Assembly: GCA_963807925.1 (NCBI GenBank)
Contig: CAWEDP010000002.1
Location: 3,249,080-3,313,079 of the forward strand
Origin: an uncultured Acidobacteriota bacterium
GTDB lineage: Bacteria; Acidobacteriota; Vicinamibacteria; Vicinamibacterales; CAVVIG01
Direction of reading: 5' to 3'
DNA length: 64,000 bases
Notes under the pieces: generated by a model
The model's input: the letters and a program-made list of their open reading frames with translations, nothing else
Told to the model about the DNA's origin: nothing
Databases searched by the model: none
Program-made: the position numbers and the translations under genes
Shown: positions 1 through 9,429 of the stretch, one piece after another
Layout of the letters: every line of letters begins with the position of its first letter
Position numbering within the stretch: position 1 is the first letter of the stretch

Positions 1-2718
1 AACTCCCGCTTCGTTTGATCCTGCTGCGTGTCGCGTCCCTTGACTTCAACGACGACCATCTCACCGGAGCGCAGCCGAACGATGAAATCGGGTCGGAACT
101 TGTGCACCATACCCTGAAACAGGTAGAGGACTTCGAAGCCGAGATGGTCATTCTTCACCCATGCATCAACGTTTGGGTGATGATCGAGCGCGAAGGATTC
201 GGTCGATTCCCACGTGCTGTCCGCCACGCAGAAGTTGATGTGCGACTTCTCCGTGTAGATGCACGGCTTGCCGGAATACCACTGGCGCATATCCGCTGTT
301 GAGCGGATCGGATTGTCAGTGTCGAACACGGGCACGGTGCGTTCGGCGTTGGCAAACCGAATCGCTTCCCATATATGCTGCACGACCTTATTCATGTTCA
401 GCGTGATGAGAATCCGCCGACGTGCATCGTCCTGATTGAACAAAGGCGGCGTGATGTGGATGTGCCCGGAAGAAATGAACTGTTCGACCAGCCGGATCAA
501 TTGGGCTAACAGGAACTCCCGGCTCCCGGTCCACGTCGGCTGCATCTGGTCGTAGATGTCACGGGCGGTTTCGAAGACGATTTTCTGCATTCGAAATTCG
601 TCCGCCAATTTGTCCAAACCGATTTCCGCGATGATTTTCTCGACGGGCTTGCCGGCGAGCACGGGCGACAACTGTGCGATGGTCGCCGTGTCTGCCGCAT
701 TCAGGTCGAGCGGCTTCACGGCATCCATGTCCAACCGCAACGTCGGTTTGTAGACGTGGTCGATCCGCACGACATTCGGGAATCGGATTTCGAACTGCGC
801 CTTTTCTCGCACCGGCTCGACGCAGGTTTTGGGGCGGGCGGCGGCGGCGGTGGACCTTCGCCGCCTTCGTGCGGCAGGAACGTGAACGGCACACCGAAGA
901 TGTTCACGTATTCGGGGTCGAACAGCCCGGTCTGCCGGGTTGACCTCATACGACGTGCGCCGTAATCCGCGCCCGACGACCTGCTCACAGAGCGATTGCG
1001 ACGTGAAGGCGCGTAAACCCATGATGTGCGTGACAGTTTTCGCGTCCCAACCTTCGGATAGCATGCCGACTGAAATCACGCTCCGAATCTGTTCGCCAGG
1101 CTGCCCCACGCGCCCCACGGTATCGACCGTTTCCCGGAGCACTTCGGCTGCTTCTTTTTTCGTGAGTTTCCGCCGACCAGATTCCGCGCCGTCGTTGTCT
1201 TCCTCATCACCGTTCTCATCCGCGCTGTCATCGCCGTTCGTAACCGCCGTCACCGGAGCCTCATCCTGCGACTCCGCCATGTCCAACACCTTCGAATCGA
1301 TGTGCAAGGTGAGCTCGGGATCGCAGAGTTCATCGATGCGGACTTTCTTGTGATCGAAGGCGTATTTCACGCGGGCGGCGGTTTCCGTCCGGTTGACGAC
1401 GGAAATCATCACGGGCGGCGTCTTGAACCCGACATGTTCCCACGCCTTCGCCGTCTCCAACCAATCACGTCCGAGCAGGTAGTAGCCATTGATGACAAGG
1501 TCGGGGAGCGGTCTCGTGCTCCTGCGCCTTTCGGTTCAAGTCGTCCTTACACGGAATCGTAGATGTGGTAGAGCTTGGACTTGTAGGTTTTGACATCAGG
1601 AAGTCCATCGTCACGGACGACCACACGTGGCGTTTTCACCAGCCCGGATTCGATGGCGTCGTTCAGACCAAAGTCCTAGACAATCCATCCGAACAGGGCT
1701 TCTTCGCTGCTCTTCTTGCCCGATGGAACAAATGGAGTGGCGGAGAAATCGTAGCAGCCGAGAATGTTGCGTGTGCGTGTTGATGCGGTCCAATCCGCCG
1801 ATCCACTTGGTCGCTTCCTCAATGTCGTCCTTTGACACACCCTCGATCTTCGAGCCGGCTGGCACACGCCACGCATGGTGCGCTTCGTCGTTGATGACGA
1901 GGATGTTCCGGGCACTCGCCATGTCTGCCCCAAGAACCTGCCGGACGTAGGCTTCGTCGCTTTTTGCCCCACGCTTATCGACACCCTTTTTCTTGGCGAT
2001 CCGTTCGGCTGACTCCCAATTGAGTGCGTGCCAGTTGCGGATCTTCACCTTGCCTTGCCGCAACTTGTCCATGAGCGCGGTCGGAACGATGTTGAACTCT
2101 TGGTAGTAGTTGTCGGAGCCGGACGGCTCCAACACCGCAAGCCGGCTCCGCACCGTTAATCCCGGTGCAACGACAAACACATGCTTGGAAAACCGAGCGT
2201 CTTGCGGATTGCTGACCTTGTTGAGGATGTGCCACGCGATCATCATCGCCATGACGATGGTCTTGCCGGAGCCGGTCGCCATTTTCGCGCACACCCGTGG
2301 GAACGCGCCGCCTTCCTGTGGCACATCGATCCCTACCTTGTCGGCGTCCGGCGCTTCCGTCAGCCAAATCAGTGTCTCGATGGCTTCCAACTGACAGAAG
2401 AAGAATCGGCGATCTGTTCGTTCATCCGGGTCATACCAATGGTCGAGCAGGCGCTTCGTGATGGCGGTGACGCCCGGATAGCCGGCTTCTCGCCATGCCT
2501 TCACCCGTGGACGAATCAGATTGACGAGTGGGATTTCTTTGAAAATGCCCGGATCATCGAACGAACGGGAATGCTCCGACGCGATGACGTATCCGGCAGG
2601 ACGCCGCTTGCCTTCAATCGAGCGAGAACGTCCGAGAATCACGGTCGTATTGCCAATAGCGCGTCGGCTCCTGATACGGCGAGTTGACGATGAGCTTGTC
2701 GATTGTGGTCGTCGCCAT
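1..2718 (-). pseudogene. res: Type III restriction enzyme Res subunit (SF2 helicase + C-terminal PD-(D/E)xK-like nuclease), heavily disrupted; 3' end runs off the window
   Basis: ATG at 2718, six nt after the mod stop. Walker A AKMATGSGKT and DEAH box VINDEAHHAW (ORF 1611-2642). SEGWDAKTVTHIMGLRAF helicase motif. FRPDFIVRL..VVVEVKG near the window start. The frame must be changed at ~2630, ~1785, ~1555, ~1520, ~935 and ~835, and there is an in-frame TAG at 1676-1678 (GWIV*DFGLNDAIESG). Confidence 0.8.
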
Positions 2719-2724
2719 GTCCGA

Positions 2725-5288
2725 CTACTCGACGGCGACGATTTTCAATGACTCGATGCCACGGTCATCGATGATCTTGACCGCAACGCGCTTGTGCTTG
2801 CCGGCTTCAAACGGTAGGGAAACGTGGCCACGAAATGCCGCGATGAGGTCGGGATCGATTTCGGCGTGCAGGCTTTTCGCCAGCCGCGCCCAACCGTCCT
2901 TCTCTCCCGCCATTGGGAAGAACACTTGATGCGGGTAGACGCTGCGCCCATCGTAATCCGTGTCCAGCATCCACATGGCGATCTTGTCGGTGCTGCCAGA
3001 CACAATCGTGCCGGATTTCGTATCGTAGTAATCGAAGCCGCGCACTTCGACCGTGTATTTGCCTTTGTGATCGCCCGACGTGATCCTCTTCGGCGAAGGC
3101 GACGTCGGGCTGGCCAATCAGCCAAAAACTCTCATTGCTGGCGCGTTTTTTCTTGAGGTCGTCGGTCAGCAGATCGGCGCTCATCTGTGCCTTCAGAAGC
3201 GTCACGCCGGGAAAGTTCGTCTCGTCAATGTCCTTCGCAGCTTCGGGATCGAACTGGAATGCCGCAAACACGATCATCTTGGGCTTCGGAACGAGCCGTG
3301 CTGCTTCCTCAACCGCTGTCTCGACCTGCCGCTGTTCGAGCGGTGCGTGCGCCGGTCCAAAGCTGATGGCAACCCGCTGTGCATCTCTCGTCTCCGCAAT
3401 GGCGTGTAACCAGCGCGTGCCCGGTGACGGCTCGACGCGCACGAACTCAATTTTCTGTCCGCCCTTCCCGCGAATGCCAGTCTTGTGGAGTTCGTCGCGC
3501 CATTCAGCCTGCCGGAGCGTTTCACCGGAACGTGAGATGGATTCATCAGCGGGCGCGGCGTTCTCCGCTTCGATATCGTGTAGGGATTCCACTGCGGGCG
3601 CAGGCACCGCTTCGACCGTGAATGGACCCGTCACGCGCACTTTGTTGTTGTCGGGAGTCGGTTGGTCGAAAAGAGTTTCGGGCTTGGCATAACGAGCAAT
3701 CGCATGATCGACCTGCTCTCTCGGCATTCCGGCGCGAATCTCCTGGTTATTCGCAATCGTTTCCAACGTCACGTGTGGCACGGTCTTGTAGACGAAACCA
3801 CTACCGACGCCTTCTTCTGGTCGAGCGAGTTGGTAATACTCGAACAGAGAGGTCATTAGCCGTTGCTTCGCAAGCGTGATGGCAACGCGAGACGTATCGC
3901 ACGTAATCCAACGCCTGCCCCATTCTTCAGCGACGAATGCAGTGGTCCCCGAACCGCAAGTCGGATCGAAAACAAGGTCGCCGGGGTCAGTTGTCATTAG
4001 CATCGCCCGCTCGATGACAGTTTGCGTGGTCTGAACCACGTAGATGCGCCGCTTGAACTCAATCGTGTCCTGCCAAGAATTGACGAGCGATCCGAATCCG
4101 AAGTCGCTGAGATACATCTTGAAGTAGAGTTTCTCGCCGAGCACGAAGAGCCGGTTGGCGTTCCGCAAACGTTCAACTCCGGCTGGAGTTGTCCGCCAAC
4201 TTTTACCGCCGCTTGTTTGGAATGGCTCGCCTTCGAACTCGATGGTGAAGGTGCAGGACGGCGTGTAGCCAGACGAAGCGAGGTCAGACCGCTTGAATAT
4301 CCTTTCGGTCGCCGCTGTCCTATCGAAGTGTTCTATTTCTTCAGCCGTGAGTCGTCGATATCCACCGTCAGCGGTATCGGCAAATACGAACTCTGAGTCT
4401 CCGCCAACATTCTTCTCGACAAAGAGGTTTCGATATTTCAACGCCTTCTTGTCTCTCGCATACCAGCAGAGATAGTCGAACACGGATTCGATATGCCCGG
4501 ACTCAAGGGGCATCATCGTCTTGAAGTTGATGACTGCAACGAAATTCTCCGGTCCGAACACTTCATCGAGAAGACACCGGACTCTGTGAAGATTCTCGTC
4601 ACCAATCTGCACGAACACGGAGCCGCTGTTGGTTAGCAGATTCGCGGCTGAGCAACAGCCGGTCCCGCAAATAGGTCAAATACGAATGGACGCCGAGTTC
4701 CCACGTATCGCGGAATGCCTTGATCATTTCCGGTTCCGTGGTTAAGTCGTCGTCTTTGCGGTCGTCCACCTTCCGCTTGTTTACGAACGGCTGAAAATTC
4801 GAACCGTATTTGATGCCGTAGGGCGGGTCGAGGTAGACCATCTGCACCTTGCCGCCCATGCCTTCTTTTTCAACCAGCGAGTTCATGACGAGCAGGCTGT
4901 CGCCGGCAATCAAGCGATTCGACCAATTGTGGCGGTGCTTGTAGAACTCGATGGCTTCCCGAAGCGGCGGATTTTCGCTCGGTTGCTCGAACAGTGACGG
5001 TTGGTGCTGCGTGCCGTTCCGCTTCCGAACGGCTTCGAGGACGCTTCGAGAATCGATGCGTTCGTGAACGTGCAGCGAGACGGTCGGCACGTCGAACGAC
5101 GTGTGTTCCGCTTTACCTGCCCATTGCAGTGTTGGATCAAGATGCGGGTCGTAGGCGTAGGTTTTCTTGCCGCCGTCTCGGTCGGTGTCGGCGGTTACGA
5201 GTCCAACGGGCGGGTTGTTGACGCGCTTTTTGTCGGGATGTGCGTATTGCTCGATGGGCTTTTTCTCAGATTTCGGCTTTCGCGCCAT
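2725..5288 (-). pseudogene. mod: Type III-like (beta-class) DNA methyltransferase Mod, two frameshifts
   Basis: ORF 4599-5387 carries motif IV DPPY (VYLDPPYGIKYGSNF). ORF 2807-4618 carries motif I FDPTCGSGTT (IV before I, as in type III Mod). The C-terminus continues in ORF 2725-3117. Frameshifts at ~4640 (LLLSRE|LLTNSGSVFVQIGDE) and ~3090 (VAFAEE|ITSGDHKGKY). Likely start ATG 5288 with GAGAGG 8 nt upstream. Confidence 0.8.
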
Positions 5289-5463
5289 TCCAACCTCTCG
5301 ACGTTTCACGACCGACGTCTTTCGCGCCGGCTTCGAGCGAGCCGACTGCGGGCGGGCGGATTTGCGTCCACGAACTCGTTGCGGCATGTTGTCGCTTCTT
5401 GCGACGGCACTTTAGCAGCTTTGTGCGCGGCTCGAAAGTCGGAGAACCGGCTGCACCGCTACA

Positions 5464-5718
5464 ATGTCGTCGATGAACCTCAGCGAAATCTTTGATGCGT
5501 TGAACGGCAGGACATTCGCCTACCTCGAATGCCGCGACGGACGGAAATTCGGTCGCGTGCCGCTTGCGGTTAACTTCTGCGATGATGAAAACCTCGCGCC
5601 CGCCTGTATCGACGTAAAGCCGGACGGCTTGGTGCTGCACTTCAACTCCGATGACGGCTCCGGCACGAACAAGCGTGGCGAGTCCGTGCCGTTCGGCGAC
5701 ATTGTTGCCGTGCGGTAG
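5464..5718 (+). CDS. hypothetical protein (84 aa)
   Basis: ATG-started ORF on the same strand as the next two ORFs, with a 9-nt gap to the next. No motif recognised. Confidence 0.35.
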   Translation: MSSMNLSEIFDALNGRTFAYLECRDGRKFGRVPLAVNFCDDENLAPACIDVKPDGLVLHFNSDDGSGTNKRGESVPFGDIVAVR

Positions 5719-5727
5719 GTAGGTCTT

Positions 5728-6057
5728 TTGCTTTTTGTTCGCCCGCCTGCTATGCTGGCGTCCGCCGTGGGCGTCCGGGCGTGCATCGTGACTTTTTCCG
5801 GTGAGCGCGGCGTCCGGCATGCGGTCGAAGTGACGGCTGAATCACTCTACGAAGCGGCGGCACTGGCACTGTCGATCTTCCGCACATCCGAATGGGCGGA
5901 CCAGATCGGACCCGGCACCGAACTGCACGTGACCGTGAAGAATCCTGAAACGACGCACCGCGTGACGCTCGACCAGATCCGGCGCTGGTGTGACGGTGTG
6001 GCGGTGTCGCCGACCGAAGTGCTGAAACGTCATCGCGTCAAGACGCTCATTGGGTGA
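5728..6057 (+). CDS. hypothetical protein (<=109 aa, start uncertain)
   Basis: The ORF stop overlaps the GTG start of the next ORF (GTGA at 6054-6057), suggesting translational coupling. No motif recognised. Confidence 0.35.
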   Translation: MLFVRPPAMLASAVGVRACIVTFSGERGVRHAVEVTAESLYEAAALALSIFRTSEWADQIGPGTELHVTVKNPETTHRVTLDQIRRWCDGVAVSPTEVLKRHRVKTLIG

Positions 6058-7166
6058 GGCAAGCGTCCATGCCGTCAGTTCTCTCGCCGCAACAAGCCGC
6101 GTTCGACGCAGCCGTGAAGAGTTGGTGCGACTTCGATTATCCGGGCATCGCGGATCTTGAGGAACTGCGCACGCAGAATCCGTCGCTCAGTGCGTGGGTT
6201 GATCAATTAGTGGAACTTCGGCAGGCGTTCAACGCGGCGCTCTCCGTCGAAGGACAACACATCACTGATCACGCGCCGCACTCGCCGTTCTATTTCGATT
6301 ACCTTGACTCTCATCGTTCAAATGCACGTGCGTTCAGGGACGAGAACCACTCGTTCATCGGCGTGACGCTACCACTTGTTCGTGGTGTGGCGGCGATGTC
6401 AACATCGGTGAGCGCATCCGACGCCGTGGTAACACGGATCGGGCTTCCGATGACAACCGACCGCGAAGTCCTCAAGGGTGTGTTGTCATGGCTACTGCTC
6501 GGATATGTGATCACGCACGAATACACGCATCACGTTCACGGGCATCTTGATGGACGGTTCGAGCCGCTTGAGGAAATCAGCGCCGGTTCATTAAAGGGCA
6601 CGCTGGCGCAGCAAGCACGTGAACTCGACGCTGATGGCTACGCCGCGTATTTCACGCTCGCGTTTTGGCTCGACAGCCCGGACGGTCGGAATGCAATCTC
6701 GCATCTGTTGGGCATTCAGGATCTTCCACCGGAATCTCACGACGCGATTTCGTTTAGTTGCTTCCTCGTCGCGCAGGCGGCGTTTACGTTCCTTCGTGAG
6801 CCGGAACTGCTTGACAGGGACAAGGCATACCGCCGAACTCACCCGCCGCAGCCTGTCAGACTTCAGGTGATGTCTCGGTTCGCTCGAAAATGGTCCACCG
6901 AGTTCCGTCCGACTCTATATCGTTGGATGACGCAGGCGCGGTATCAGTTGATGATGGATGCCGTGTCAGCCGTGATTTGGACAGGCAAGCACGCGGTGGG
7001 TTGGCGAGCGCAGATGGAGTTTCTGAAGTCAGACGACGGAACGGCATACGTCAATGCCTTGCTCGCGGAACTAGATTCGTTTCGAGGGACGTTGCGCACT
7101 GGGAACGAAGCTACTGGGACATCCGATGCGATTGAAGCCGACCGTTTCATTGGCGTTACGGACTGA
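6054..7166 (+). CDS. putative HExxH zinc metallopeptidase, ImmA/IrrE-like
   Basis: 370 aa. HExxH in VITHEYTHHVHGH is followed ~35 aa later by ELDADGYAAYF, the HExxH...ExxA(N/D)x(F/Y)A layout of COG2856/M78-type peptidases. Assignment is from the motif only; alternative ATG start at 6069. Confidence 0.5.
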   Translation: MRQASMPSVLSPQQAAFDAAVKSWCDFDYPGIADLEELRTQNPSLSAWVDQLVELRQAFNAALSVEGQHITDHAPHSPFYFDYLDSHRSNARAFRDENHSFIGVTLPLVRGVAAMSTSVSASDAVVTRIGLPMTTDREVLKGVLSWLLLGYVITHEYTHHVHGHLDGRFEPLEEISAGSLKGTLAQQARELDADGYAAYFTLAFWLDSPDGRNAISHLLGIQDLPPESHDAISFSCFLVAQAAFTFLREPELLDRDKAYRRTHPPQPVRLQVMSRFARKWSTEFRPTLYRWMTQARYQLMMDAVSAVIWTGKHAVGWRAQMEFLKSDDGTAYVNALLAELDSFRGTLRTGNEATGTSDAIEADRFIGVTD

Positions 7167-7208
7167 CACTCACGGATCGGCGGCGACCGTGGAAGACACA
7201 ACGCCGAC

Positions 7209-7471
7209 TGTGACCTCGATTGTGACCGTGCCAATCCGAACGCTGGTGTTTTACTGCGGTTTACGGCGTGTGAGCTAGATCGACGGGACCGAAACTAAAC
7301 CGTTTGGTCAGTAGACGTTCAACGTGATCGGCAGCACTTTGCCGCGATCCGCCGAAGCACTTTCCAAGCGTGCTCCTTCAACCACTCGGACATCTCTCCG
7401 ATTGAGTGGAATCAACAGTTTACCGGACGGCGGCGAGCCCTGCAAAAGCAAACTGTGACGTGACTGTGACG
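7209..7471 (+). repeat. Four direct (C/T)TGTGAC(C/G) repeats in two pairs flanking a tRNA-like core; candidate integrase arm-type sites
   Basis: TGTGACC at 7209-7215 and 7221-7227 (12-bp spacing). CTGTGACGTGA x2 at 7453-7463 and 7464-7474 (11-bp period). All four are in the same orientation. The tRNA-Ser-like fragment lies between the pairs. Confidence 0.5.
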
Positions 7472-8612
7472 TGACGCTTTCAGGCACGTCGACGATCGCT
7501 TTGATCTCCGCGTCCTGTGCTTGGTTTCCCTTCTCGTCGCCATTGCCGTTCGACGGTAGCACGCGACCGCGCTGCGCATCCAGCGCGTCGAGCGCCTGGC
7601 GCTTCGCGTCGATCCGAATGTGCGAGTAGTGCTCCAGCATCCGGCGCGACAGGTGGCCGGTGATCGACTCGAGCACATGATCGGCGACACCCATTTCGGC
7701 CGGCTCGGTGATGACCGTGTGCCGCAGGTCGTGGAAGCGCAGGCCGTGCAAGCCGGCGGCGTCACGAAGCGCACGCCAGGCCGTGTCCCATTTCAGCATC
7801 GGCTTCGTCGGATCGAACTGTCCCCACTGGCAGGCCGGCCAAAGGTAATGCTCCGGTTCGGCGTGGCCGAGCATGTCGGCGCGCTCGAACATCCGCGCGA
7901 GTGCATTGAGCGCAGACCCGTTCAACGGGATCACGCGATGACTTGACTCGTTCTTGCTCCGTCGCACGTGCAAGAGCTTCTTGACGAGGTCCACATCGCA
8001 CCGCCGCAGGTGCTTGACCTCGACCGGTCGCATCGATGTGTTCGCGGCGACAATCGCGGCGCAATACACGTGCTCCCATTCCTGATTTGATGCAGCGGCG
8101 GCGAAGAGCCGCCTCTGCTCGTCGGCCGTCAACGCACGGCCGATCGGATGCTGGCGCTCTGGTAGATTGCGCACATGCTCCGCCATGGCTCGCCAACGAC
8201 CGCAGGACTTCAGCACGCGCGATAGCACGCCGACGTCCATGTTGATGGTGCGGTTCGCGATCCCCGCGTCGTGGCGTGCCCGCTGAAAGTCGGCAATCGC
8301 TGCCGCCGTAATCGCCGAGAGGGGCACGTCGCCGAAGTGTTTCTTGACGAGGCTGAGACGCTCCTCTTCAAGCTCGATCGTCCGAGGCGAACAACGCATC
8401 TGCTTAGCGGCAAGGTACGATTCGATTCCCTCCGACAACCGCTTGGGTCCCTGCTCGCTGGTGGCCAGCAGTCCGCGGCCGGCGTTGTCAATCAGGTCGC
8501 GCTCGCGCTTCTTCGCTTTCTGCAGATTCGTCGTGCCGAGTCGCTTCCGGTATCGCTGCCCGGCGACGGTGAAGTCTGTCCAGTACTGACGGCCGCGCTT
8601 CCAAAGACTCAT
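7308..8612 (-). CDS. int: tyrosine recombinase / phage-type integrase with atypical ~90-aa C-terminal extension
   Basis: 434-aa ORF. Catalytic region RFHDLRHTVIT...GHLSRRMLEHYSH (R..HxxR..Y). The extension after the catalytic Tyr reads through a tRNA-Ser-like sequence (aa NRRDVRVVEGARLES). Confidence 0.9.
   Translation of the reverse strand: MSLWKRGRQYWTDFTVAGQRYRKRLGTTNLQKAKKRERDLIDNAGRGLLATSEQGPKRLSEGIESYLAAKQMRCSPRTIELEEERLSLVKKHFGDVPLSAITAAAIADFQRARHDAGIANRTINMDVGVLSRVLKSCGRWRAMAEHVRNLPERQHPIGRALTADEQRRLFAAAASNQEWEHVYCAAIVAANTSMRPVEVKHLRRCDVDLVKKLLHVRRSKNESSHRVIPLNGSALNALARMFERADMLGHAEPEHYLWPACQWGQFDPTKPMLKWDTAWRALRDAAGLHGLRFHDLRHTVITEPAEMGVADHVLESITGHLSRRMLEHYSHIRIDAKRQALDALDAQRGRVLPSNGNGDEKGNQAQDAEIKAIVDVPESVTSQSRHSLLLQGSPPSGKLLIPLNRRDVRVVEGARLESASADRGKVLPITLNVY
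7358..7400 (-). other. 5' half of a tRNA-Ser(GGA)-like sequence (acceptor 5' strand, D-arm, anticodon 5' stem and loop); no 3' half
   Basis: Minus strand reads GGAGAGATGTCCGAGTGGTTGAAGGAGCACGCTTGGAAAG. This gives acceptor GGAGAGA, a Ser-type D-arm TCC-GAGTGGTTGAA-GGA and loop TTGGAAA (anticodon GGA). The sequence after the loop does not pair with the stem and no T-arm follows. Confidence 0.6.
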
Positions 8613-8881
8613 ACCCGCAACTCCCCGGCCTTCGACTCTCCATCTGACGCGGAAACCGATCCCGTGTCAACTACACACGCGCGAATGAATTCATCGAGGT
8701 CCGCCCGCAGGTACCGAACGGCTCGCCCGAACCGGACGAACCGCGGTCCTTTGCCTCGATGACGCCACGCTCGCAGCGTCGCAACGGACAATCCGAGATG
8801 GTCCGCGGCGTGCGTCTCAGTGAGTGCGTTTCCGGATCGGAATTTCTCGTTGGTGTCAGCGATGTTCCGCGAGGTCCTCAT
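8609..8881 (-). CDS. excisionase/AlpA-family helix-turn-helix protein
   Basis: Its stop overlaps the int start by 4 nt (ATGA). HLGLSVATLRAWRHRGKGPRFVRFGRAVRYLRADLDEF matches the AlpA/Xis-type HTH. The true start may be internal. Confidence 0.65.
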   Translation of the reverse strand: MRTSRNIADTNEKFRSGNALTETHAADHLGLSVATLRAWRHRGKGPRFVRFGRAVRYLRADLDEFIRACVVDTGSVSASDGESKAGELRV

Positions 8882-9429
8882 AAGCGATCTCCCAGCGCGC
8901 CACGTTGCGCAAGAACGAACAATGCTTTGCGGGGATTTGCGCCAAGGCGCGCCGGCGATGTGGCCGGCGCGGTGCTGGATTCAGGCGCGGGCGCTGGCAT
9001 GATGCGAGCGCCGGGCCACGTGGACGCTTAGTCGACGCGGTGTGGGCAGCGATTTCAGCAATCGCTCACTGTCCCACCCGAAGTCCGGCGAGTACTCACG
9101 GCCGAAAGGCCGAGAACCATTCGCCGCTGCCGGCTGGCTGACGCTCGCCTTGAGGACGGCGTCGCTGAGTGCCACCGGTCTTGTCGTTGCCGTGCGCGAC
9201 GTCGTTGCGCTCAGCGCAGTGAGTGCTAAACGGCCTTGCGTTCGACGGAGGACCTGGGTCGTCAGTCGTAACGCGCTCCGCATGCGATGTAGCGAGCGGA
9301 GGGGGTGCTCTAAGAGCACCGGCGAGATGATCGCAGGATAGCGCCCCATCGATCATCTCGTCAATCTCAGCCATTGTGATCCGTGATATCACGTCGGCGG
9401 CCGAGCGATTCTCCGTTGGTGATCGCCGT

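Noticed and set aside
836-852. (GGC)n / poly-Pro-coding tract in res as a phase-variation switch for the type III system
   Set aside because: There are only about five units, and the gene carries at least six other independent lesions plus two in mod. A reversible slipped-strand switch cannot explain the inactivation.
8981-9392. Overlapping ORFs (122 aa and 98 aa on the minus strand, 99 aa on the plus strand) between the excisionase gene and the receptor gene
   Set aside because: No motifs were found and the competing frames have similar GC3 by eye, so I cannot decide which, if any, is coding. A 12-bp palindrome, CGTGATATCACG (9382-9393), was noted but has no context.
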